Of a stretch of 64,000 nt of DNA, positions 1 through 12,233 are shown in pieces. The stretch comes from Ancylonema sp. Lineage: Eukaryota. The notes beneath the pieces are model-generated. The model did not search any database. It was not told where the DNA came from and was given only the letters and a program-made list of their open reading frames with translations. Each line of letters opens with the position of its first letter. The first letter of the stretch is position 1. The DNA lies in NCBI GenBank assembly GCA_050230475.1, contig JBFLGF010000085.1:1-64000 (forward strand). Direction: 5' to 3'. A program made the translations under genes and the position numbers.

Positions 1-55
1 AAGCGGATCGACAATTAAAAAGACTTTACTTTCTAACGATCTCTAGCGGCATAAC

Positions 56-444
56 AACGAATGCGCTAAACGAAACAAACATATCGAAGTGGTAGAAATG
101 ACCCCCACCTCTTTTTAACGGGGCACCGCTCTCGTCTTGCCGCATTTCCTTCCGGGATGTGTTAAAGAACAAGTCCAAGCGGTGCATTTAACTATTAAAA
201 TGGGTGCAAAATGTTTGTGCGGTGACAGTGGGAGAGGAGGGGGACAAGATAAATAATCCGTTTTGGTCTACCCACAAAAACAATTTCGGGCCAAAACCAT
301 TTTCAATTTTTTACCACCTCAATTCTTGCTAACGTTTGTTTTTTTTAGTCAAGTACTTTTAGAAGGGTGGTGTAAGCAAAAACGGTGTTCAATCGTTTAA
401 ATTTGTTTTCCAACTTGCAAATATGCTTCAAGATCAAATTACGC
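56..444. repeat. Dispersed repeat family A, copy 1 (probable TE fragment)
   Basis: Direct-orientation homology to 4104-4412. Shared blocks include AACGAATGCGCTAAACGAAA, GGGTGCAAAATGTTTGTG, TCCGTTTTGGTCTACCCACAAAAACAAT and GCTTCAAGATCAAATTACGC. Confidence 0.85.
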
Positions 445-449
445 CGAAT

Positions 450-1242
450 TTCAACATGTGTCTCCTTGTATCGAGGAACTTGGTGAATGAAGCGAAGTAA
501 ATAAGCAAATGTGATGTTTACATGTTGCATATATTAAGTTGCCTTGGCATCATTATCCAATTCAGCGTGTGTGTTGTGATAAAAACTATACAAGTGCGTA
601 ATGAGACCTATATATTTCAACAACTTTACGAGGAGATCGGGGATGTATCAAGGTCGTACGAAGCAACAAAGGACTCGCATATTTTGTTGGACATGGAGTT
701 AACACAATGGTCATAAACAACATGGACAATTTCTGAAAGGCAAGATACACCATTACTTGTCATGAAGAAAACCACGATAGTTCCGAATTGTGAATCGCAA
801 ACAAAACACACAATGTTGTTTTACATTCCAACAAACTAGATTTGACCAAATCCTTTGTGTACATTCTCGTGATTGGAAATAGATTACAAGGTTGTCACAA
901 CTTTCAAAATGGCATAACAAACGGGCACACATACTCGTATTGATATGATTCGACCCTAAGCTACTTGGATTGCACCCACAATTGCCATCATTTGCATCGA
1001 CGTAATTTTGCAAAATTCGGATTCTATGTTTTTCTCGATTTCCATACGTCGTTATACGCGAGAAAGAGCGTTCTATACACATTATGAAAACATTGTGTAA
1101 CACATTTCTGAATAAATATGTCTTTATGCAAATGACGTTATGCTTGTCGATGGCGGTTTTATCTTGATTTGGGACAAAACAAAAAGTGTCCTTATATAGA
1201 GGTTGTCTTCATAAAGAGGGTCATTACATCGAGGGAGCACTG
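450..1242. mobile_element. Non-autonomous Tc1/mariner/pogo-like element family B, 5'-truncated copy
   Basis: Colinear homology with 24280-25212. The right end ...ATCGAGGGAGCACTG is followed by TA; its reverse complement matches CTCCCTCGAT at the left end of the 24280 copy. Confidence 0.65.
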
Positions 1243-1933
1243 TATGCTTATTATTTGGCTGGATGAGATTCGGGCTCCGATCCGGGCTGCGATCCGGGCT
1301 CTGGGCTCAGACCTAGGACTATAAACAGGTGGCAATGGGCGGCTGATGCCAGCGTGACAACGACGCGCGTGTTGGGTACATCCCTACGAATATCTTACCG
1401 TTCGGACAAGAATCGGGTGGCGGGTGTACACCCGACGTTACGCGTGCGGTCGGTCGTGCACCCCGCGCGATGTACACGTGGGGGGAACCCGCAGCGGTGG
1501 ATCCCACGCCTCTGATTGGGTGGAACACAGGATTCCCGCTACCTGCCATCCGAAATTGCCGCTACGCTCTGGATCGTGTCAGATAGCCCGGGGAGAAGGA
1601 ATCTCCCCCCCTGCGATGATTCCCAGGTGGTCGGCAAAGGTACCTTCCGGTCACCTTCCTACCGAGCGCGTTGACCTTCTCTTCATGTATTCCGGCGCCG
1701 CAGTGGAGTATCCTAAGATGCCGACTGAGATGCTCTCTGATCACCTTTGCGTCTGCTTTGCGTCCGACCAGTACATAAACGTCTACTCCAGGCAGTCTGA
1801 TAGTATTTACATTTCAAATATCCCAGACTCTCCGCTCGTATTTGCTTGAATCGTTCGTATCCTCTCAGACGTTGTTTCAGCCTCTCTAGCGGCCTTTGAA
1901 GTTCACTTTTGCTCATCAATTTCTCAGTACAAC

Positions 1934-3315
1934 ATGGCGCACCTCGCCGTTGCCAGTCGCTTTTATTCTTTAGCTTTCCTCACGGATACGTTTCCGACCT
2001 GCTCACCCTACGGAACTTTGGGAAGAGTGTCAACAGCCCACTGTAGACATAGACGTCGTAGTCCCGTCGTGTTTCTTCGGACAGACAGCCTGAGCCACAG
2101 CCATGGTTCCTTTTCGCAGTCCCTATTCCAGAAAGAACCTGTCGCGAAGGTGAACGTGGTCACAGAAAATGGGTGCGACAAAGACGGCCATCAAGAAGCT
2201 TCTCTCCTACAAGAGACTGCTGCTGCTGTCACGTGCCTCGAGTTAGATGCAGCCTCCGAGGCCGCGCACATGTATGCTGCTGACGGCGACGAGGGGAATG
2301 CGGAAGGGCCTCCTCCTTCCGCTCCACCAACCTCCAAGAGAGAAAAGAAGAGGGTTCAGAAGCTGAGTCCCTGTTGATGTAGAGGCATGTGCGCACATGC
2401 AAGTGCTCTCGTTAGTCGTTATGGCTGCGTTTACGGTTGTCCTATCTCGTTAAGGTGGTCACATTTCTTTCTCTTCTTCTCCTATCTTTCTGTCCCTTTC
2501 GCCGCCCCTTCTTCTTCTCCATCTCCCTTTCGTTAAGTTCTGGATCTAGGTCTACTGTTGTGTCCGGGTTTCTGATTCTGATTTTGGTTCGTCTGTTTCC
2601 CTGGTATGTAAGCCACCCGTGGTCCTACTTCTGGTCCTTCTTCTGGTCCTAGTCCTGGTTTCAGTTTCAGTCGTGATCTTGTGCTGTGAACCTTGATTCT
2701 GAACTCTGGTTCAGGTTCGATATTCTGGTCCTGGTCCTCCCCGCCAAAAGCAAAACGTGTCTGACATTGTGTCGTGTCATCTCGTGGTGTGGTGTGTGCC
2801 AGGTGTTAGATCTGGAGTCCGAGGTTGCAGAGGTAGAGCGCCGACGGGAAGCACACACGGCCAATGAGAGAGATTCATTTGAGGTCGTCACCAGGTGTGA
2901 AACTACCGCCCAGGTGCTCAAGGAGTGGGCGATGGCGGCCGAATGTAAGGCAAGAGACGCGGCAACGATGCGGGCGAAGTCGTGTCAAACCGCAAAGAAA
3001 AGCAAGCTTGGGGTTGTGGAAAAGAAACTTATTTCCCTTCAACTACTATTTCAGAAACATTCTGATTGTCTATCAGAGGACGCAAAGGCATAGGAGCACA
3101 AAAGAAACCACATCTCCACAAGATTAGAGAGTGTGGCTGAAGTCAAAGTACACTTAGCGGAGCTTGTAGTTCTGAAGGAAAAGAAGTTGATCGCATTAAG
3201 GGCAACGAGGAGAAGGACGGCACAAGGAAAGTGTAAAAAATCGTGCCATCCACCAATAAAAGTGTCGCGCACCCAAAGGTTGCCCGACTTAGAGAGATGG
3301 ACGTCAACACGGTAG
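1934..3315 (+). pseudogene. Degenerate coiled-coil-type coding region of unknown family (possibly TE-borne)
   Basis: The frame after ...GCCAG (about 2803) encodes a charged helical stretch. It is interrupted by one TAG (3091-3093) and continues in the same frame to 3315. No recognisable domain. Confidence 0.25.
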
Positions 3316-4103
3316 GAGAACCTCCCGCGAGGACGGTGGGGAAGGTGGCAAACCTGATCCGGTTTTGGGACGACAAGTCGCAAAACTGATCGGTGAGCGA
3401 ATTGTTTTTGGTATCCTAGCCTAAATTAGTGCGAGTTTAAATGATTTGTTACCAATTTCGTAGACGCGCATCTATTTACGTAATCAAGAATTAGTATAGT
3501 AAGTAATGAGAAAACGAAGTAGGTGACTTGGGTATAGACGAGGAGTTGTTCATCTTGCCTCAACAGCATTTCGACGTGTTACGTGTAGAAGGTCGGTTTG
3601 TGCAAATGTGCGTGAATAACTAAAATGTGTGTAGAAATACTTCCACATTTTTTATCCACATATCACATTTATATTTTGAACCCGTTGGGTTAGGTAAGGC
3701 GGTAAGGTGGTCAGGTGATAGGCCGTATGAAAGAGGGCTCAGTTTTGACTCCATTGTCGTCTTTCACAACTACAATTGAAACTCTAAAAAATACCCAAAT
3801 GAAGAATGGGGTCAAAATCATGACTTGAAGTGATTTTAAAAAATGACACAACCCTAGTAATCTCAACCTACAATGTTCCATGTGGTAGTATGACGCGCAA
3901 ATACGGAGTCGGTAAGAATGTCGTCTACATCTAGGAAATCTTAGCGATGTGCACATTCATAGGAATGTGCATTAATAAAAATGTCCAAGTTTGTCGTTGT
4001 TTTAAGTGTTGAAGACATGAGATATACCCCAAGTGCTCAACCCAACAACATAACCAGTCATGATTAGAGTTACTTTGTCACAAATTGAATGCAAGGAAGA
4101 AGT

Positions 4104-4412
4104 AACGAATGCGCTAAACGAAAAGAAATGTGTTAAAGAACAAGTCCAACCGATGCATACCAGTAAAACGGGTGCAAAATGTTTGTGTGGCGACAGTGGG
4201 AGCGGAGGGGGACAAGATAAAGAATCCGTTTTGGTCTACCCACAAAAACAATTACGGGACAAAACCATTTTCAGATTTTTACCACCTCAATTCTTGCCAA
4301 CGTTTGAGTTTTGTAGACAAGTACTTTTAGAAGGGTGGTGTAAGCAAAAACGGTGTTCAATTGTTTATATTTGTGATGCAACTTGCAATTGTGCTTCAAG
4401 ATCAAATTACGC
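4104..4412. repeat. Dispersed repeat family A, copy 2
   Basis: Matches 56-444 but lacks about 80 bp of internal sequence present in copy 1. Confidence 0.85.
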
Positions 4413-5148
4413 GGTTAGTAGAATTTGCGCATTTTTGGTGCCAGTTATAAATGCAAATAGCCTCCAACACTTTTTCAAGGTGTTTTTAAAGATTGTGTGG
4501 TTGCTCATATGAGACCCTAATTGTACCTAAGTTGGGCGGATGATGTTTGGATTTTATTGAAAGTGTTTTCATACTCAAGTGGAGTTTTCTTTGGTAAATT
4601 GATGTTTCTTTGAAGCGAATGAGTATATTGTCGTCCATTATTACTCTTGTTTGTGGCATCTCGTCCTCTGCGTCACACAATATTGGTTGATAGATCCTCG
4701 CGATCAACAAAATGAACGTTTCCGTCTTTGACAAGTCATTTATACGGATTGAGTTGTATTTAATACACATGAAAGTATTTAAATAAGCCTAGTTACTCAA
4801 GAGAGAGAGAGAAGCAACTAAGGTTTCTTATTCTTGTATAAATCCGGCTATTTTCCGATTGCCATCATCCATCACCATCACCATCACCACCATCATCCAT
4901 CACCATCCGGCCACCCCCTCTACCCGTCTCCGCACCGGGGCGAGGGTGGACGGGTGGAGGGCGTATGGGGAGGAAGAGATCCCCCGCCCGCAGGCTTTTG
5001 ACGCTTGGGGTTCCGACCCGACCCAGAGGAGGACCCTTGCTTCGCCGTCGCGCCTTTTTGCTTGAGTTCAGAACGGAGAAGATCGTCGAGGGGATTCCGG
5101 TCTTCGCATGTGTGAGTAGGAGTCTTTGGTCAAAGATCTGACAGATCG

Positions 5149-5346
5149 ACGTGACCGCCTGAAACCACGTGTCCCCTCTCCACTCGGTTGAGCCACTCAT
5201 AGCACACCCCACGGACACCTTGTGACAGCTGGACAAGTTGGTGAAGGCTGTGCCACACTTCGAATCATGCGCCACGTACGGCCACGTCACAGTATTTCGC
5301 CCACAAGCCCAAAGTGCGCCCAGCGCGGTGGTTCTCCCCAGCACGT
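5149..5346 (+). promoter_or_regulatory. Cluster of five ACGT-core (G-box/ACE) elements upstream of photolyase
   Basis: ACGT cores at 5149, 5167 (CACGTG), 5274, 5284 (CCACGTCA) and 5343, all within 250 bp of the ATG at 5392. Confidence 0.55.
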
Positions 5347-5391
5347 CCTGGCTGCTCTCAATTTCCCCTTCGTCGGTAGACTATAGACCGA

Positions 5392-8300
5392 ATGCTGAGG
5401 TCGACTAGGTACTGTTTTGATAATCTGTTCTGGCATGTGCCCGCAGTAGCTGCCGGATCACACTCTGCGCTTTCGCATTCCAGTCTTCATCAAATCAGCC
5501 CGTCGCAGACCTTGACGCGTAGTTTTGCTCACAGGCTTCCACGCCAGCCACCTTCCTGCCTCAGCACAGCTCCACACTTGGCATTCAAAACTCCATTCTT
5601 TCGTCCATACGTAGATCCTGGCCAGAAATCCGCCTCCGGCCTACCTCGCAGCTCATTGGTGGAGGAGGCAGATACTTCTCCCGAATTAAATCCCGCAATG
5701 CCGCCGAAGAAGAAGGCTGCAGCCAAGCCGAAGGCGGAGGATGTGGAAGCCGACCGCCGGAAAGCCGCTCGTTCAGAAGAGGCATTCAGAGATCGTAGCA
5801 AAGGGGCGCCCCCCGAGGAGAAGGTAAACCCGAAGCGCATTCGCATCCTGAAACCGTGGTCGGGAGGAGAGACGAAGAAGGGTCCGGTGGTGTACTGGAT
5901 GTCGAGGGATCAGCGAATGAGGGACAACTGGGCGCTGCTGTATGCGGCGCAGCAGGTGGGGGAGGGGGTGGGGGTGGGGGATACCGTTTTACGGGGTGGA
6001 GATAACGGTCTGTAAGAGAAAGGGCAAGAGAGCGTGACGCAGAAACGGCAAACTATATGACTGAATTAGCCAGAAGCTGTGTCAAGTTTATTCAGAAATT
6101 CTTCCCACTCGCGTTTTGCGACCTGTGCATGCGGACATGGTAGACGATAGGGGCCATTGTGCCATTCAATAATTTATCATTTTGCCATTTTGCCATTTTG
6201 CCGTTTTGAATGTCAGGCAAAAGCACGTGGGCAGCCCTTCTGTGTCGCCTTCAATCTCGTCCCTTCGTTTCTGAACGCCCAAGCGCGCCACGTTGGGTTC
6301 ATGCTCAGAGGACTCCAGAACCTGGACAAAAATCTGGCCGACCAGAACATACCCTTCTTTATGTTTCAGGTAACTTTTGTCGTTCACTTTGAATTCGTTC
6401 TGCACCTCATTATGGAAATCAATACATTCTCTCTCTAGTCTCAAAATATATGTATATATGTATGAAATGTGTCTATGTATATATGGACAGCATAACCTGT
6501 CTAAAGGAATACTGTCGAGGAGGGGAAAAAGTATTTCTTTAGACAGGTTCTGCACTAAAACAGTTTTGGTTCTAATGTAGGGAAACCCGTTCCCATGTGC
6601 CTCCGACGGGAAACACGCCAATATCTGCCTCAGACTCCATTCAAACGTGTTTTCCCAGTGCACACCGCCAATATTTTGTCGTTTAGCCTCCTCTCGAGTA
6701 ACTAGCCAGAATCTGGGAGATACTAGGCGCCAAATCTATCATTTCCAACGATGTATGTGCACGTGGAAGGCACTCATACCACCAGACATATACTACCCGG
6801 GCCCTATTTTGTCGTTTAGCGTGTTTCATCGTATTGTCCGACAACCTGGGAGCTACGAATCCGGTACGGATGGACACAAATCTGTCAGAATATGTACGGA
6901 TTCTGTACTTTATTCCTTTACACGCACCACGGGGGGCTAGAAAAGTATTCCTTTAGACAGTTATGCAGTTTCTGGAATAATTACACTCTCCCAACGTAGG
7001 GGGGGACATTTTCTATTCCTTTGGACAGGTTATTCCTTTAGAGAGTATTCCTTTAGACAAGTTATACTGTATCATTATTATTATATATATTATTATATAC
7101 ATGTATATGTATGTATGTACACCCACATGTACATGTATTTCTATGTTTGTACATGCGGACACACACGTGTACATGTACAAGTATGATTGGTTGTATACAT
7201 ATGTGTATACATATAAATATGTGTATCTATACTCGTATGCACATGTATGATGAATACATACACCTGCAAGTGCACTCATAAATGTTGGTGTTCTTGTACA
7301 AACACATGTATATAGATAGACACATGTATATAGATAGACACATGTATGTAGATAGACACATGTATATAGATAGACACATGTGTATAGATAGACACATGCA
7401 CATCTATACTCGAAACTCTATATTCACGCACATATTTGTGCCATGCGATCAAATATTTCTCACTATTCACACTACTGCTAGTTGTAGACACCCGAAGAGG
7501 ACAGTCTAAAACCTAAAAACCTAAAACCTGAAACGTAAATCTGAACCTAAAACCCAAAACTACAGGCCTCACAAACCCTTCGAAAAGTCCAGCACACTCT
7601 CCGCCACGGCATCCCTTGCAGTCTTCCCCCCCCCCCCCCACCTGCCCCATCTCCCCCTCCCCCCCTCCTCCCCCCCCTCCCCCCCCCCCCAGGGCCTCCC
7701 CGCGGAGACCATCCCCTCCTTCCTCTGCCGCTCCGGCGCCTCCCTCCTCATAACCGACTTCTCCCCCCTCCGCGTCGGGCGGGCGTGGAGGGAGGGCATG
7801 TGCTCCGCCCTCACCCCCACCCCCACCGCCTTCCACGAGGTAGACGCCCACTGCACCGTCCCAACCTGGGTGGCGTCAGACAAGCTGGAGTACTCGGCAA
7901 GGACCATACGGACGAAGATACACAAGTGAGAAACCCGTTATAGGGGGGGGGACCCGGTCATAGGGACAGGGGAAAATGGGACTCGCCCGACTTTTTTCCC
8001 CGTCACTGTATCCCGTTTGGGTGTGACTATAAGGAGGACGGGGTAGAAAGTATGTGGGGAATGGGGGGAAAACGCCCTAGAAAAGTGCCACTAGAATGGG
8101 GGTCATAATAACGGGGGTCTTTTTACAACGGGGGTTCAACCGTACCCGCACTGAAAAATCGGAAACAATAATGGGAGATATGTGGAGATGGGAGGAAAAG
8201 AGTTGGTATCTGGTTGGGTGGTTGGCCCCCTGGGAGAGCTCCCCTCTGTGCCCTGTGTCTGACACCTGCCCTCTCTCTTTGTGTTTCCAGCCACTTGGAC

Positions 8301-11300
8301 GAGTTTTTGGTGGAGTACCCCCCACTGAACGTGGGGAGCACCGAGTGGGTGGGCGAGCAGCCGCAAAAAAACGATTGGCCAGCCCTCATAAAACAAGTAA
8401 CAAGGTCAGCAATCCCAACCCCACCCCCACCCCCACCCCCACCCCCACCCCCACCCCCACCCCCACCTAACCCAACCCCAACCCCAACTCCAACCCGAAC
8501 GCCAACCCTGACCCAGTTATCCTCCCACCCGGGTATCGATACCCGCATCCCCCCCCCCCCCCGGTTCCTTTCTGTGGGCAGGGTGGGGGGTGCGGTTCCT
8601 GAGGTGGACTGGATTCTGTCCGGGGAGGATGCGGCCAGGGAGGGTCTGGTGGGGGAGAAGGTTGGGTTCCTCACCACTAGGCTGAAGAGGTATGGGGAGG
8701 GGAGGAATGATCCTGGTAAGCCAGGTGTCCTGTCGGGATTGAGCGCTTGGCTCCACTACGGCCACCTGTCCAGTCAACGATGCGCGCGGGAGGCGAGGAA
8801 GAGGAGGAAGGAGCAACCCAAGGTGGGGGGGGGGGGGTGGTACATATATACTAATTGTATATGTATATGTATATGTGTATATACTTGTTTCCCTATGAAT
8901 ATGTATGACTGTATGTAAATATGAGCATTCATATAGTATCTATATAGATACTCTATATATTTAGATACTCTATATATATAGTCTATATATTTAAGGCTTC
9001 TATATTGAGGCGTATGGATACATTGATGCAGTACACACTTTCACATTTACGTCTGTATGCATGTACATTGATTCATATGGGGTCCTGGGTGCACATGTAT
9101 ATAGAGGGATACCTGACATGTACATAGAGGGATACATTCCATGTGACAATGTATCGCGTGTTGGGAACATTTGGATTCATCCACACCTCAAACAGATGCA
9201 GATATAGAAAAGTATACCCTGCCAAACGGCAAACCGTTTGCCGTTACCGTTCGTCCGTTCGTCTCTCGTCCATCCTGTTATTTTGCCATTTTTCCATTTT
9301 GCCATTCTGCCATATTGCCAGTCCGCCACCCTGGCATTTTTCCACTTCGCCTTTCTGCTATTCTGACATTTTGCCATTTTGCCATTTTGCCATTTTGCCA
9401 TTTCGCCATTTTGCCATTTTGCCATGATGTCTTCCCATTCTTCCATTCCACCTCAGTCTGTGGACTCTTTCCTGGAGGAGCTAGTGGTCCGCTCGGCTCT
9501 GGCAGAAAACTATTGCAACTATCAGCCCAACTACGACAACCTGGAGGGGGCCTGGGATTGGGCCCAAACCACACTCAGACTGCATGCGGGGGACAAGAGG
9601 GAGAAAATATACTCGTGAGTGGAGGACGGTGGGGGGGGGGAGGGCAGGGAGACAGGGGGAGGGTTTTCGGGTAGTGGGGAGTGTGGGGGAGGGGGGGGTA
9701 GGAGAGAGGGGAGTGGAGGGGGTGGGGGGGAATGGAGGCAAGTGGGGTGGGGAGAGTAGAGAGCTGAGTCTGCGGTTGGGAGGGGCGTGGGTGACCTGGA
9801 TCTGATGGCCACGTGGCGCTCCCTGAATGGTCGGTGCAGGAAGGAGCAGTTGGAGCAAGGGAAGACGCACGATGAGGTGGGAGGAAAGAAACAGGCAGAG
9901 AGGAAAAGGTAGAGAGAGTTAGAGAAGACAGAAGAAAGCAGAAAGCAGAAAGGAACAGTCAGGAAGGCTAAGGCAGAAAGAGAAAGGCGGAGAGAATCTA
10001 AGTAGAAAGAAGAAGGCATAATCCAGAAAGGACAAGGCAGAAAGCTGGAGTGGGGGATGGGGGGTGTAGCGTGGAAGAACGGTATTTGTGGCCCTCTGGG
10101 AGGCTGACAGGTGTCCTCATGTGGTCTGTGGTCTGTGGCCTGTGGTCTGTGGTCTGTCAGCTGTGGAATGCTGCGCAACTTGAGATGGTCCACATGGGGA
10201 AAATGCACGGGTTCATGAGGTAACCACAACTGGCACACCTACATGGCCCACCAGGTTGATCCCAACAGGCTCATTGGGCTCATCGGGATTGGGGTTGTGT
10301 TTTGTTCAGAATGTATTGGGCGAAGAAGATTCTTGAGTGGACCCAGAGTCCGGAGCAGGCGCTGGAGTGGACCGTATACCTAAATGATAAGGTCAGGGAT
10401 CCGGGCTCAGGGCTCAGGGTTCAGGGCTCAGGGCTCAGGGCTCAGGGCTCAAGGGTCAGGGAGTAGGGCTCCGGGATGATTGGCTCTGTGCTCCCTTCAT
10501 GCAGCAATCCGCAGCGGAACTTATTCCACTTCACACTTCACACTTCCCACTTGAAACAGGAGTGGCGCTCACTTGGGGAGAGGGAAAAGGAATGCTGGAC
10601 TCTTGCTGACGTGGCGTGTTGTGAGTGGTTGTGTTTTATTCAGTATGAGCTGGATGGTCGCGACCCCATCGGCTACGTTGGCGGCATGTGGGCGTTTGCG
10701 GGAGGGCACGACCAGGTCAACACTCGGGAGGGGATAGGGACTCTGTCTGGGGGGAAGGGGAATGGGTAATGGGGAAGGAGGCCTACCTTGAGATTGTGTT
10801 GGACTCATACTTCAAATCTTGCTGGGCTCATCACGAATTTTTAAAATTCGGATCTTTGAGATGGTTTGCCGTATGGCGTATGCGGGTCGAGAGGGAAGTG
10901 CACACTCCCACTGGTCCCAGACAAGGAAGGGTATCCCCAAAGGGAGAGGATACTTTTATGTATTAAAACAGCATGGAGGGGGATGGAGTATACTGCATCG
11001 AGTCAATATCAACTTATTTCCATGTTGTTGGGAGGTGGGGGTGGCCCCTGATGGGTTGGGGGTGTTGGGGTTGAAGGGGTGGCAGGGATGGGCAGAACGT
11101 GCCATTTTCGGAAAAATCCGGTACATGAACTATGAGGGCTGCAAACGCAAGTTCAACATCGCGGGCTACACCACGCTCATCAGTCAACAGGTGAAGAAAG
11201 TGAAGGAGAAACAGAGGGCGATCCAGGCGGCGGGGGGGTCTGTTGCCGACGTGGCGGCAGCAGATGCTGCCACGTCAGCAAAGGGAGGTGGGGGTAGGGG

Positions 11301-11457
11301 AAAGGCGGGGGTGAATGTGAAGGCGGTGGGGAGGCCGGCAGAGGCGGCGAAAATGGAGGAGGGGGGTGGGGGGGGGGGGGAGGAGGAGGAGAATGGGGAT
11401 GGGAAGCGGAAGGCTAGGACTGTGGCGAGTGAGAAAGCTGGGAAGAAGAGGAAGTGA
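5392..11457 (+). CDS. PHR1: Class II CPD photolyase (UVR2/PHR1 type), 11 exons
   Basis: Exons 5392-5955, 6217-6369, 7693-7925, 8291-8404, 8582-8822, 9457-9614, 9840-9876, 10161-10219, 10310-10391, 10644-10715, 11086-11457. All introns are GT-AG and phase-consistent. Motifs: [68 protein letters not shown]. Confidence 0.96.
6488..7069. mobile_element. Pogo/Tigger-like MITE (family F1) in photolyase intron 2
   Basis: 25-bp TIRs, CAGCATAACCTGTCTAAAGGAATAC vs reverse complement CAGTATAACTTGTCTAAAGGAATAC (23/25). TA on the right flank; subterminal TATTCCTTTAGA repeats. Confidence 0.8.
7303..7400. repeat. 18-bp minisatellite (ACACATGTATATAGATAG-like) in photolyase intron 2
   Basis: About five tandem units visible, embedded in AT/GT microsatellite-rich intron sequence. 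Confidence 0.8.
7930..8142. mobile_element. Degenerate pogo-like MITE at the start of photolyase intron 3
   Basis: Left GAAACCCGTTATAG vs reverse complement of right end CGGTTGAACCCCCGTTGTAA; the right end is followed by TA. Confidence 0.45.
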
Positions 11458-11979
11458 TATGGTAGGAGGAGAGAAAGATGGAGGGTTTGTTTTATTTGTC
11501 CTCTTTATGTTTTCGTATTCGTATTTGTGTGGTGTTGTGACACCATCACATTCTTGTACGTAGACGCAATAGAGTTGAGGTCTACCCTACTGGAGACATC
11601 TTCATCGGAGGGTAGTTTCTATTTTTTTGAGGGGACTTGTACACACAAAGTGGTCCGAGTTTTGGGGACTTAGGTTTTCCCTCACATGTTCTGTGAAATA
11701 TAATCGGCCGTTGAAGTGTTTCCTGAACGAAGAAGAGTGGGCATGAAAAGGAGTTGGTAGGAAGAGTGTGATGCGTACGGTGTACGAAACAGGCCCGTGT
11801 GCTGCAAGTTGTGAAAAGGGTTTGGATCAAACACAAGCAGCAAGATGCAAAAGAGAAAGTCCAGGCTTTGTGTTCATTGTGATAAACGCGATCCTCACAT
11901 TGCGATCACTTTGTGTTCATTTCACAAGATTTGATGTATCCGAATAGAATCGGTACAGCACTATTGGCGAATTTCATAA

Positions 11980-12233
11980 CATAGTTGAACCCCGGACGCG
12001 CTTGTTCGGAACGAGTCCGGAGGATCCCGGACACATCCGGGTTGAACACAATTATATTTAAAAGTAATAATGATAAATATTATGATAAGACTTATAACAT
12101 GTACAAAGGCGTTCCTGATCGTTTTCAGGGCCCTTTTTTTCTTGCGAGGTTGTTCTATCCTGGACCCATACTTGGGCCCGGACGTGTCCGGGACGTGTCT
12201 GGAGATCTTTGACACGTCCGGGACACAACTATG
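11980..12233. mobile_element. hAT-like MITE
   Basis: TIRs CATAGTTGAACCCCGGACG / reverse complement CATAGTTGTGTCCCGGACG. Subterminal CCGGAC/GTCCGG repeats; degenerate 8-bp flanks TTTCATAA vs CTTCAGAT (5/8). Confidence 0.7.

Noticed and set aside
753..1103. Transposase remnant in family B element
   Set aside because: No DDE or HTH motif recognisable, and the frame is not preserved in the 24280 copy.
4859..5344. Possible small gene or ncRNA upstream of the photolyase
   Set aside because: No supported start, splice pattern or recognisable RNA family; partly a CAT/CAC repeat.
7505..7560. Telomere-like (TTTTAGG-type) degenerate repeats in photolyase intron 2
   Set aside because: Short and highly degenerate; indistinguishable from the many intronic simple repeats.
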